DNA of 63,925 nucleotides, the filler included, from Folioceros fuciformis (lineage: Eukaryota), in the NCBI GenBank assembly GCA_049999805.1. It is 8 parts of 8 records of this genome, joined end to end, with 100 filler letters (N's around TTAATTAATTAA, not from the genome) between each part and the next. Parts side by side here need not be neighbours in the genome. Positions count along the whole stretch, not along the records: positions 32,535 to 41,595 come from JBNGIO010005425.1; positions 41,696 to 53,356 come from JBNGIO010005426.1; 6 more parts are not named here. One strand, written 5' to 3'. The notes beneath the pieces are model-generated. The model saw only the letters and a list, made by a program, of their open reading frames with translations. It was not told the origin of the DNA and did no database searches. This document shows, piece after piece, positions 36,196 to 48,577 of the stretch. A program made the translations under genes and the position numbers. How positions within the stretch are numbered: position 1 is the stretch's first letter; each line of letters starts with the position of its first letter.

Positions 36196-39100
36196 TGTAT
36201 CCTGGCACAACATGGGGACGGCGTGTAAGGGGCGTGGCAAGCTGTTGTCGTCCAACGGTAACGTGTGCGGATGGTGTGGACATGCGCAGTGGGTGCGAGT
36301 GGGCATGGCCCCATGACATATGGGATGCCGAAGGCAAAACCATTTGCGTCGGCCTCAAGTTATGTGCCTCATTACTTCGTGTGTACCAATAGCTCCTGCG
36401 CATCTGCCGCCGGGTGACCAGACGGCATGGTCACCCCGCCGGTATGTCGTCACCTGGATGATCTGGATCACTCCAGTCGTGCGTCTCGCACGAATAGCTG
36501 CGAGTTACTTCACTATAAGCAAGTGACGACCGCATTGGCATGATCGTCAGTAACAGAAAGCATAGGCTGGATGCAATGACCGAGACGCGATGTCAGACAA
36601 CGGCAGTCCCAGGTCTTGGAAAAGCTCTGATTTCCTTTGACAACCTGGCCTACAAACCTTGGAAGGAAAAGAGTAACGCCCCCTTCCTTACGCAGCATAA
36701 AAGGAAGCAACGGCCTCGAATCTCGTCTATTCACTCCGCAGCGCTCCACTTATAAATCACACACTCCCTCTCTCATGACTCAGCACTAGGCTCCAAGTAG
36801 CCCGCCGTCCACTGACGACTCACAGACCACCTCCTCTAGGTGCTGCTCTTTATTACAGATACTTACAAAAGAGTTTGGCGATCTACGCCCCACTGGCTAC
36901 TGCCCTAGACTCAATCTGACCAGCTTGCTCTTCAAGCCTTCCATAGCTATGCCTCAAGGCTAGACTTCTCACTGTCTGCCTCTCTCCCTCTGTCTCTTTG
37001 TGTATCAGTGTATCACAGTATATCCTTAAGACCCTAACACTAGCCTATTTATACTCCACAGCTAAGCCAATGCTAAAGCTGGGAATGATACACACCACTC
37101 ATCTTAGAATACTAATGGTCATTACAACTCCATCCTTCTTAGGAGGTTTTGCCTGGAACACACATCTTGTTTCCAAAGGAAGCAAGAAGCATGGTTGCTT
37201 CTTCATTAAGACAGCTCTAGATTTAGCTTTCACCTTTCTACTTTTAACTTTCACCTTGTTTCACTTGTGCCATTACTCTCTCCCCCACTAGGAAGATGTC
37301 ATTGTCCTCAATGACTTGTAGTATAACGTGAGATCATCCATGATCCTTTGTTGCACATCTTGAAGTGAAACCCAAACAGGATCTGCAAAATCACGAAGCC
37401 TTACTAGATACTCCAGAACATTACCACGGACTGAAGGCACTTCTCTTTGTGCTAGGAATTCAACAATCTCCTGCAGACTACGGTTATATAGAACCAGGAT
37501 AACATAGTCTTTCCTGTTCATGTCTTCATTCTCTTTCGAAATCACAAACGGTTTTAGCAAAGAGACATGAAACACATCATGAGAGAAGATCCAATTAGGT
37601 AGTTGTAGTTTGTAAGCCACATTCCCAATGCGCTTCAGAACTACGAAAGGACCTCCATACTTAGGCCTTAACTTTGGGGACAATTCTTGAGGTACTGGGA
37701 AGTGTTTCAACTTTACCCAAACCTTGTCACCCACTTGAAATTCTGCCTCTTTCCTATGCTTATCAGCAAACTTCTTTTGCTTGTCTTGAGCTTTGGCCAA
37801 AATCCTCTCAGCAATTTCATGTCTGGCGCTCTACTGCTCAATAAATTCACGTGGTTCTCTTGCTGCTGTCTCAAACACGGCAGCATTCAACATGGAAACT
37901 GCATCCATTGCTTTGTTACTTGTCATCTGAAAAAGTGTATAGCCTGTGGAGCTATGTATAGTATTGTTATGACAAAACTCTGCATCCTCAAGATAATTAC
38001 TCCAGTTCCTCTGGTCCATCTGTACATAGTGTGGTAAGTATTCCTCTTGGATTCTGTTTACCCTTTCTGTAGATCCATCTGTATCAGGGTGATATGTTGT
38101 GCTTAAACATAGTTGCACTCCCAAGCTCTTCATAATCTGTTGCCAAAATTCCGCTGTGAATCTGGGATCTCTATCACTCACAATTTGCATAGGCAATCCA
38201 TGTAACACATAGATATGCTTCTTAAACAATTGAGCAACTTCTAAAGCCTTCACTTGCTTCTTTGTGGGGATAAAGTGTGCTTGCTTGCTGAACCTATCAA
38301 CAACTGTCATGATAGCTGTGTATCCATTACTGGTTGGCAATGGCATAACAAAATCCATTGATATGCTCTTCCAAGGTCCACTTGGAATAGGTAGGGGTTG
38401 CAACAAACCTCGTGGATTTGTCTGCTCTACCTTATCCTGCTGACAGTCTACACAAGACTTCACATACTCTACAATATGTTTGTACATTCCAGGCCAGTAA
38501 AATAGCTTCTTCAACTTCTCATAAGTTGTGTCAATTCCCCGATGACCAGCAATTGGCACATCGTGACATTCTGCAAGAACTTTTTTCTCAACTCTTGAGA
38601 ATCAGGAATCACAATCCTATTTTGCTTGAACATTAACAAGCCATTTCTAAGCTTAAACTTAGACCCCGGTTGCTTTATCTCGTTGATCCAATCTTGCAAT
38701 AATGGATCGCGCAAATAAGCCTTCTTAATCTGCGTGTGAGTGTCCTTTGGCTCAATCACTATCTGTGTTGCAGCTAGCTTAGGATTCTTCAGCTTAAAAA
38801 CAGTTATTAAACTCAACTCTTGCTTGCGACTGAGAGCATCTGCCACGAGATTTTCCTTCCCTGGCTTGTACTTAATCTTCACATCATACATCGCTAGGAA
38901 ATCTTGCCATCTAGCTTGTCTTGCATTTAGTCGCAGCTGATTAGAAAAGAAGCTTGTACTTACATTATCTGTGTACAGCACAAAAGATCTTCCAAGAAGA
39001 TAGTGTCTCTAAATCTTGAGACAATTGATGACGGCTGTCATCTCTTTCTCATATGTGGGGTATTTCCTCTCATGTTCATGCAACTTTCTTGATTCGTAAG

Positions 39101-41366
39101 CCATTGGCCTACCTTTTTGCATAAGCACTCCTCCAATAGTTGTATCCGACGCATCAATATACACTTCTATATCTTTCTTTGGATCATAGATTGCTGATAC
39201 TAGGGTAGTGCTGAGTTTCAACTTGAGAAACTCGAATGCCCTTTGACATTCCTCATCCCACTTCCAAGTCTTTGCCTTCTTCAAGAGATCAGTTAATGGG
39301 GCAGCAATTTTGGCAAACATCGGTACAAATCTTCTGTACACGCTAGCCAATCCCAAAAACATATGCACTTCTTGGACATTGCTTGGCGGCAGCCAACTCC
39401 GTATGGCTTTTACCTTATCACGATCCAACCTAATTCCATCAGCAGAGACAATGAATTCAAGGAAGTCTATTTCTTCCTTAACAAAGTCACACTTTGTTAT
39501 AGCTAAGAACAAAGAATTTGCCCTTAACCTTTACAACACTTTCCTCAAGTGTTGGACATGCTCCTCTAAGGTAGAACTGAATATCAAAATGTCATCCAAG
39601 TAGATCACAACACACTCATCCAATAGATCTCATATATAGTATTCATGAGTATAGTATTCATGAGAGTCCGAAATGTGGTTGGTGTGTTAGTGAGTCCAAA
39701 TGGCATGACTAGAAATTCAAAAGATCCATACCTTGTCCTACAAGCAGTTTTGTATTCATGTCCTTCTGCAATGCGAATCTGGTAATAACCAGCCATCAAA
39801 TCTAGTCTGGTAAAATACTTAGCACCATTCAACCTATCAAACATATCATCCATCCTTGGCAAAGGGTAGGAATTCTTGACTGCTATCTGCTTGAGTGCTC
39901 TGTAATCCAAGCATAATCTTAATCCTCCATTCTTCTTTCGCATGAACAATACTGGCGCACCAAATGCGGATTTTGAGACTCTAACATAGCCCTTGGCTAA
40001 CAAGTTAGACATTTGTCTCTTCAACTCTTGAAATTCATCTAGTGACAATCTATATGGCGCTCTTGATGGCAGTACACTTCTTAGCTTTAGATCAATTTCA
40101 TGATCTACAACTCTCCTTTGAGGTAAAGGAGGTAACTCAGTAGGCATTAAGTCTTTAAACTCATCTAAGACGACCTGTATCTCCTTTGGAATCTTTAGTT
40201 GCTTCTGAGAATCCATCTCAAGACCATCTTCTAGTCCTTATTGGCCTTCATCCATTATAAGCCCTAGATGATTTCATGATCATCCATATCTATAACTGTG
40301 AAGCTTGCTTCTCCTGTCCAATTGCCTATCTGCAAAGGGACTTTTTCCAGCAAAGGATCTTGATTGTCTTCCACTTCCTCATTCTGTAGAGCTAGAGGCT
40401 GTGGATCCTTCCTTGCCTTTTTCCTAGATGCTGTCAAATCTTGGAGAACTTCAGGCAATACTTCGGGAAGAATTTGTTGTAAAGTGACCATCATCTGCGT
40501 CTTCCAATCTTCAAATTTGTCTCCGGACGGTCCTGCTGAGTCGGTAGGCAGCATCTCCTTGCCTTGATTCTCTTCAAGTTGTTGAGACGGGGGATTAGGA
40601 GAAACCTCTTGTATCTGCATCCTCTGGCGCTTAGCCATCTTGGAGGAATAGACTATGCTCTGATACCAACTAAGNNNNNNNNNNNNNNNNNNNNNNNNNN
40701 NNNNNNNNNNNNNNNNNNNNNNNNNNNNNNNNNNNNNNNNNNNNNNNNNNNNNNNNNNNNNNNNNNNNNNNNNNTCCTTACATAGCGTAAAAGGAAGCAA
40801 CGGCCTCGAATCTCGTCTATTCACTCCGTAGCGCTCCACTTATAAATCACACACTCCCTCTCTCACGACTCAGCACTAGGCTCCAAGTAGCCCGCCGTCC
40901 ACTGACGACTCGTAGACCACCTCCTCTAGGTGCTGCTCTTTATTCCAGATACTTAAAAAAGAGTCTGGCGATCTACACCCCACTGGCTACTGCCCTAGAC
41001 TCAATGTGACCAGCTTACTCTTCAAGCCCTCCACAACTATGCCTCAAGGCTAGACTTCTCACTGTCTACCTCTCTCCCTCTGTTTCTCTGTGTATTAGTG
41101 TATCACAGTATATCCTTAAAACCCTAACACTGGCCTATTTATACTCCATAACTAAGCTACTGCTAAAGCTGGGAATGATACACACCACTCATCTTAGAAT
41201 ACTTAGTGGTCATTACAACTCCATCCTTCTTAGAAGGTTTTGCCTGAAACACACATCTTGTTTCCAAAGGCAGCAAGAAACATAGTTGCTTCTTCATCAA
41301 GACAGCTCTAGATTTAGTTTTCACCTTTCTACTTTTAACTTTCACCTTATTTTATTTATACCATTA
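36196..41366 (-). mobile_element. Ty3/Gypsy chromovirus-type LTR retrotransposon, gag-deleted and decayed
   Basis: 5' LTR ~40671-41366 (gapped), PBS 40657-40668, gag stub from ATG 40638, RT ([22 protein letters not shown] ~39600), RH (DASD, ADALSR), INT (GHRG, CVDC, SMDF, SDRD), SH3/chromo-like tail (EYLVR..VWV), PPT GGGGGAGAGAG 37276-37286, 3' LTR 36196-37275. Near-TSD ATAAG/ATAAA. Confidence 0.93.
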
Positions 41367-41695
41367 ATAAAAAGATACTTTTAAAGAAAATAGTTTTAAT
41401 CTTTCACCATTTATATATTTTTTAGTTTTTAAGTTTTCAAACGTAATTTGGGTTGGTCCTATCATTGTGCCGTGCGAATGTATTCTGGTGTGTGCTGTCC
41501 TAGGGGCCGGCGTGCAAGTTGCCACTTAGGACAGCCGTCCTGTTCGCTACCAAACGCCGGTACGAGGACCAAGAGCAGAAAAAGGTGAGGATTTTNNNNN
41601 NNNNNNNNNNNNNNNNNNNNNNNNNNNNNNNNNNNNNNNTTAATTAATTAANNNNNNNNNNNNNNNNNNNNNNNNNNNNNNNNNNNNNNNNNNNN

Positions 41696-44600
41696 CTCCA
41701 ATCCTTTCCTTTCCCTTAGATCATCTGCAACCCTTCAGAGACCCCATTGTCTTCAGATCCTTCCCTCCATTCTGCTGGCCAAGGCCCATGACCTGGTAGA
41801 CCTACTCATCTAGTGCCCTACAGCCCGCCCCCAGACAGCTAACCATCAGCCAGGGCCTGGGCATCTTCCCTTGCATCTGCAGTCAGCCGGATCCGCCCGA
41901 GACCACAGCCCAAATCCCGCTGCCTTTCTTGCTTAGGATCCTGCAGCCAGGCTGCTTCCTAGCTCCCGAATCCAGCCCCCAGCCGTCTCACGCCGGCCAC
42001 ACCTTGCTCCCCGCTTGGTAGGCCTGGCCACGATTCAGCTAACTGCCAGGCTGCACATCCCGAGCAGCGGCTTGGATCCGGCCTACCAGCCTGCCATCCC
42101 GCCGGGCCGCCAACCAGGCTACCTGTCCGAGTCGGCCATCCCTGAGCGCCGTCTGCCTACCATCCGACTTCCCCCTTTTGCCCTGCGGCCACCTTGCCTA
42201 CTGGGTCTAGCCAGGACCTCGGCCCGGATCTGGCCCTTGCCTGCCGACTGGCCACAGCCCAGCCAGTCGGCCTAGATTCCCCCCCAGCCACCAGTCGGCA
42301 GGCGGCAGCCTTGCTGCCTGGCAATCCGGCCAGGATCTGCCTGGACTCGCCCGTAGGTTGTCCGCGCCGCTGGGGCGCCTGCTTGCCCCCTTGGATCTGG
42401 CCAGGTAGCTAGCCCGCAGGGCTGCCTATTGCAGCCCCTAGCCAGCCCCCTTGCGATCCTGGTCAGCCAGCCATGACTGCCTGGATCCCAATGCCCTACC
42501 TGCCAAGATGTCAACTCGCCAGCCGCCCAGAGGCTGCACACTGGCCTTCCGTCCTCACAGATCTGGCCAGGCATCTAGCCCCCTCCAGATCCCGCTGAGC
42601 CAACCGCCAGCCGCTAAGCGGGAACCTGGCTCTGGCAGTGCCCCCTGCACCTCGCCCTGCCGGCTAGGATTTCCTCCACAGTGGCCGCCGATCCGGCTCT
42701 TGCTACCTGTCCCTCGATCGTCCCTCCTCATCCGACCAACCTGTTCCCCNNNNNNNNNNNNNNNNNNNNNNNNNNNNNNNNNNNNNNNNNNNNNNNNNNN
42801 NNNNNNNNNNNNNNNNNNNNNNNNNNNNNNNNNNNNNNNNNNNNNNNNNCCCCCCTAGCCTGGCTGGCCGGCCTAGGGTGGATCGTCGCCTGCTTGCCCA
42901 GGTCGACTGGCCATTGGTCGCCAACCGGCCTCTGGATTCAGCCATGCAACCAGCATGCCCGGTTGGCTAACTACTGGCTTCACCCTCCCAGCGCTTGGCA
43001 GCTTGGGCTCCTTCTCGAACAACTCCTGAAAGATCTCCCGATGCCACCCTCCTGACCTCCAATTGTTCTAACTTTTCCTTCAACTCCAGTTCACCCTTAG
43101 CGAGGGCCTTCTCCCTGCCAACGAAGCCATTCCCCAGCCGCTGCCATAGCTGCTTATAGAGGTCCTCTGGCTCAGCCCCAGCTTGATCCTACAAGCGCCA
43201 CCTTGATGCCTGCTTGTCTGCCAGCCTGCCGCGATCCAGCCCAGCCTCCTTGCCAACCAGTCCGCCTGTCTACGCGACCGTGATTCCGCCTAGCTAATCG
43301 GTACCAAAGACACAAGCACACAAACAAGAGTTGCTTGGGTTTCACCAAGTCTCCCCGCAATTCCATCCCCAATCCAATCACCCGCCTACTTGCCAATTCG
43401 GCCAACCCATCTAGCTCCCGGCCCTCAGCCTACGCAACCGCCTACCTGCTACTGGCCAGCCAGCCAGACCCTCGGCGTGGATCCTGATCCCAGTTTAGCT
43501 CAGATCCACCCTGGCCAGCCACCGATCTGCCCGCCGTCTGTTGAGCCCAAAGCACCCTCCTACTAGCCGCCGATTTGGCCATCCTGCCTACTGTCGGCCT
43601 GTTGCTGCTGCTTGGTTGCCTGGCCACGGTTTAGCCAGCCTGCCTGGATCCGGCGAGTGCCTGGATCTGGCGCCTCCCGGCCTGCCTGGATCCGTCTCTT
43701 GCAGCCATAGCCTGGATGCTAGCCCGTCACCTAAAGCCCGGCTTGCTTGCCAATCCGGCCAGGTCTGCCTGGCGGGATCCCACCCGGCCAGCCGCCAGCC
43801 GACCTGGCTGGCTGCTAGATTCGCCACCTCCGCTGCTTGGAGTCCACCACCAGACCTCTACTTGGGTCCTGCAGCCAGGCTGCTGCCTGGCTTCCAGATC
43901 CAACCCCGGCTGCCCTGATTTGGCACCGCTCACTGGCATGCCCGGGTGCTCGCCAATCTGCCAAGATCTGCTTGCAGCCTGCCTGGCCTAGATCTAGCGC
44001 CGCCCGCCTGGCTCCAACTCTGACCAGCCCTGCCGCCCAGCCATCCCTGTGCTGGCTCTGAGCTCGGCGCGCAGGTCCCGCAACTGTCTGGCTGTCTGCC
44101 TGCTTGCCTCCTGATCCGGCAAGCCAGCCAGCCGCTGAGCCGGCTGCTCCTGCTGCGCTTCGGGCTGCTTGGTTGCTGACGGGCCCGGCTAACTGCTGCC
44201 CCTCGCGCCTGCAGCCAGCCGACCCGCTGGATCCAGCCAGGACCCCAGCCCAGACCCGGACCCGGCCTGCTACACCTGTGGATCCGGGCTAGGCCATCGC
44301 CAACGCGGCCTACCTCAGCCCCGAGGGCTTCACACCTCCCTGGGCCTGCCATAGACTGCCCCGGCAACCTACACAGGCTGCCGGGGCACCTTGCCCCCAT
44401 CTGGTCTACCTCCACCACTACGGGGTTGCATGCATATCCTGTCCAGGGCTCGCAACCCGAGCATTCGCCTTCCAGACCCGGTAGCTGTTGAGCCGCCTGC
44501 AGACTCCCCGGTCTGGCCCCGTCCTCAACCAGCCATTAGCCGCCAACCTACTTGGATGCCGAATCGCCCACCTTCGCCTGCATGGTCTGCTGCTGCAGCT

Positions 44601-45600
44601 AGCCTGCCGACTGGCCACAGTCCAGCCGACCAGCCGAACTACTTGGATCCCCACAGCCCGCCGGCTGTTGGATCACCCGGCTGCTGCTCAGCAGCCGACC
44701 TCTGTTGGCCAGCCCCTGCCAAGCCGATTCACCCATGCCGCCCACCTGGCTAGCCTATGCCGAGTTGGACCAGCCGCAGCCAGCCCACGAGCCACCTGCA
44801 ACCTGGCCAGCTTGTCAGCTGGCCCGCCTGCTTAGCCTTATCAATTAGCCTCCCCTGCCAGCCAGCTCACATGGACCAGCCCTAGGCCCACCTAGCTTGG
44901 ATCCAACGCCGTCTCTGGCTGCCTGCTTGGAGCAGGGCCGGGCTGGGTTGCGGGCTAGGCTCCTCAACAGCCCGTCAACCCGCCATCCGACCTTGGCCCT
45001 ACTAGCCAAACAGCCAGGCCGCTGCTGGCCCCATCCTGATTCCTGCTACCGCTGGTGGCCTGCTTACTGCCGAGTTGCCAGGCTGCTCCCCAGCTTATAG
45101 GCAGCCCACTTGCTTGGCTGCCTGGTGCCTGCCTCATCCACACCGGCCAGGATCAGGCCTCCGTGATTTACCAGTAGCTAGCCTGCTGGTGTTGCTTGCC
45201 AGGCAGCAAGTTTCCCCTCCCCTGGCCAGGATTCCCCTCAGCTAGCCGGCATGTACCTGCTGCTAGCTGTGTTGTCTGGCGTTCCGGCCAGACACAACTA
45301 GTCACCTGCCAGGCTGCCTGCCTTTTGCCCGATCCACTCTGGCCTGCCTCGATCCATCCCAGCAACAAGCCGGCCTGCCTATCGGCCAGGATCCTCAGCC
45401 CCGGCCACCTGGCCGGAGGCTAGGACAGGCCTAGGCACCCTACCTCCATGCCTATGCCCAACCGCCTTCCGCACCTCCCGAGGCCCCAGCTCACCCTCAC
45501 ACGCCCGACTTAGGGTTCCACACACGCCGGCGCCCCTCTCCACGGGCACACCCTACCCCCTACTTCACATTTTCCATGGCCACGGGTTAGCTAGACGATT
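41696..45600. repeat. GC-rich, low-complexity repeat region (GCCTG/CAGCC/GATCC-rich), probably TE-derived non-coding DNA
   Basis: Dense recurring short motifs. ORFs are only Pro/Ala/Arg/Trp-rich with no domain motifs. Confidence 0.5.
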
Positions 45601-46084
45601 GTTGACTTTCTAAACTGCATCACCACTATCTCTTGATCATCCTACTTAATCTAGCCTTATCTAACATAGTTTCCTAATTACCTCTCCAAGGAATCCTATC
45701 AAAACTCCAAAAAGAACAAATACCACCTATTTTCTAAGAGGCCTATCTTCCATGTGGTCTCCTTACCCTCACTCATCTTGGTATTGACATACTTATTGCA
45801 GGTGCTCGGGAATGTGGTTCTCAACCATCGCTGCGCGCAGAAGCAGGTCTGTCTTCTTCAAAGCAAGTTCAATACGATCGTTTTACTGGGGAAAAACTGC
45901 GATCCCTAATGTGGCGTGTGCGTCTGACATACAGAATAGTGATGGGATATGGTTCGGAGGTAAACTTTCTTGGGTCTAGAAGCCATAGTACGAGATGACC
46001 CAAACTTTTGAGGTCAAGGGAATCCCTCAACTGGTGAACTTCGGGCGCCTCAAGAGTAGAGAAACTGATCGTTTGACTAAACCA

Positions 46085-46742
46085 AGTGACTTTTTCCAAG
46101 CTGCACCAAATATTAATCACTCTAAGCCTTTCGTAGGCAAAAACATCAGAGAGTAGATGAAGTGGCTAAGGGCTAAGATCGATTATGATGGGTGGTGGCT
46201 TGACTTTGTTAGGTACTCTGTCTCCCTGTTCACTCTTCATGAATGAGGACCGAAAACTTGGCTCTATAGGTTGGAGTTCTAAGTTAAAGATTTAAGGTTG
46301 GCAGGGGTTTTTGGGGTGGCTACGTTAAAGAGTACATAGAAGCAATAGAGCCTCTGTTCACGGTTGGCGAGTACTGGGACAGCTTGAGTTACGAGGGGGT
46401 AACGTTTGCTATAACCAAGGTATGTATTGGCCGAGCAATGTGTTACCTGTGGGTCGGTTGGTCGTCAGAACATAGAACAGATTACATAGGGTGTCCTTGG
46501 TTGGCAGTTCAACATCGACAACGTAGGATAAACTGGATAAATGCAACGGGGGGCAGCTCTTCGGCATTTGACATGACAACCAAGGTAAGGTCATTGAGCT
46601 AGCACGAAGAGATTCCTGTGAACGAAAGCTGTGCACTCATCAAACAAGCTGGTTCTTATAAGACTTCTATGATCGGGCATTCTGCACTCAGCCCTACACG
46701 GAGAGTATTGGAGACTGATTGACTCTCAAGGTAAACCTCCAT
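46085..46742 (+). pseudogene. Alpha-amylase (GH13, plant AMY2/AMY3-like) internal gene fragment with introns
   Basis: Exons ~46085-46212 (AAPNINHSKPFVGKNIRE*MKWL..DYDGWWLDFVR), 46305-46419 (GFWGGYVKEYIEA..TVGEYWDSLSY, frameshift), 46508-46584 (HRQRRINWINATGGSSSAFDMTTK), ~46676-46742 (GILHSALHGEYWRLIDSQGKPP). Confidence 0.9.
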
Positions 46743-47517
46743 TATTTTCTAGCGAGGGAGTAAAACCCACAAACTCTATGCATGTGTCTTCAACATTTGA
46801 AATAGCTGTGATTGTAATATTACCTATTATCTCAGGTGTCCCACAAAAATCGTTCAACTTCTCTACTTTGTTGTCATGTGCAAATTACAATCTAACTTCA
46901 ATGGGATGGTTAGTGCATGACAAGATCTTCATTGCAGGTAATCCTCCAATCTTTTCCTTACGTTTCAAACACTTATGTGGTAAAGTCTTTTTGAAATTGT
47001 ATTGCTAAGCTTATGCAATCATTATTGTTTATTTTTAAATTATTTTTTAGCATTTTATCTCATTTGATCTAAAAATTATACTAATGTTCAAATCATTTTA
47101 ATAGGAAATATGATAAATACCTAACATTTTTAAAAACTATTAGTATAAGAGGGTAAAAATTCATTTTTTCTTAAATAAAAATGATCAAAATAAAATTATT
47201 CTTTTAAAAAAGTTTATAAAGTTTTACGTTTTTGGCTTAAAGATATTTTTTTACATAATTAGATTAAAATTAAGCAATTCTATACTCGGTTGCTTATAGC
47301 TCAAAAAGAATATTACTTATAGTAAAGAAAGAGCTTATCTAAGAGTTTTCTACCCATATCTAGGTATACATCTTTATTAGTTAAAAATATTCATCAATTC
47401 TTATTTGCGACAAGAAAGCTTTTTGTTGATGACTCATCACATGTACCAAAACTGAAGAAGACTTTGTTATATCTTATGGGATGTAAATAAAATAATTCTT
47501 CACAACCTTTAAACTTT

Positions 47518-47760
47518 CTATAGCACCTCCTGCATTACTCTTGGTAGGGGTGACATTGGTGCTTCCTCTTCAACATGGTCTGCAAGCCCTTCAACTTGAG
47601 AGAATAGTGAACTCCTTGCTTTATCTTCAATAGGGATAAATGTTGTCTCTACACTCTCTTCTTGCTCATAGTTGATGTATTCTTCAACACTCATGGTTGG
47701 ATATCCAACATCTGATGATGCCATATGCATCATCCTTGTCCTTGGACGTTAATAATGCCA
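47518..47760 (-). pseudogene. Possible pogo/Tigger-like transposase C-terminal remnant
   Basis: MSVEEYINYEQEESVETTFIPIED resembles the acidic tail following pogo DDE domains. No catalytic core seen. Confidence 0.25.
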
Positions 47761-47962
47761 ACCTCCCCAATTCTTTTGAGATTCACAATTTGAGCATCTA
47801 ATGACTTGGTATGAAATGACATCTTATTTGGGGTCCTCCGGATCATATGTTGACACAACATTTAAATCTAGACCCTCACAGAGTTAGACATCTTCTACTC
47901 TCACTATTGTATGTAGAGCACCAAAGCACCTCATAAAGCCAGGAAACATGCACATCATTCAA

Positions 47963-48154
47963 ATGAGGAGATATAAGTCGGTGCTACAACTTCAAGTCCA
48001 TGAGGAGATATAAGTCGGTGCTACAACTTCGAGTCCATGAGGAGATATGAGTCGGTGCTACAACTTTCGAGTCCATGAGGAGATATAAGTCGGTGCNNNN
48101 NNNNNNCTACAACTTTCGAGTCCATGAGGAGATATAAGTCGGTGCTACAACTTC
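47963..48154 (+). repeat. 37-bp tandem repeat (GAGGAGATATAAGTCGGTGCTACAACTTCGAGTCCAT) x~5
   Basis: Units at 47965, 48002, 48039, 48077 and after the 10-N gap. Confidence 0.9.
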
Positions 48155-48350
48155 CAGCTTATTCCCCGAGGGGGCAAGGGCATGCAATGTTTTTAAAACA
48201 AAGAGCATCCACGGAATTATAACTAAGAAGAATGTATGTTTGGAAAAGGGTAAGAAAAAACAAGAACTCATGGCAACTAATGTATCCACTCACTCACTCA
48301 AAAGCTTTTGGTCTCCAACATCATTTGTCTGCCGTTCGATGCTCCAGATG

Positions 48351-48577
48351 AAACCTTGTAGCCAATACCAGCCTCCATGATCCCCTCCCATGCCTTTGGC
48401 TGCTCCTCTGCTCTGCCCCTTCTCCCAAACCTTGTAGCCAATACCAACCTCCATGATCCCCTCCCATGCCTTGGTTGCTCCTATGCTCTGCCCCTTCTCC
48501 CAAACCTTGTAGCCAATACCAGCCTCCATGATCCCTTCCCATGCCTTGGCTGCTCCTCTGCTCTGCCCCTTCTCCCT
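48351..48577 (+). repeat. 75-76-bp tandem repeat x3
   Basis: AAACCTTGTAGCCAATACC at 48351, 48427 and 48502. Confidence 0.9.

Noticed and set aside
42015-45423. Many 60-160 aa ORFs in the GC-rich block
   Set aside because: Expected from stop-codon scarcity; low complexity and no domains.
46753-46762. GAGGGAGTA, Stowaway-like terminus after the amylase fragment
   Set aside because: No matching opposite TIR found.
47963-48154. 37-bp repeats of CRISPR-like length
   Set aside because: Head-to-tail with no unique spacers, no cas genes and a eukaryotic context; a minisatellite.
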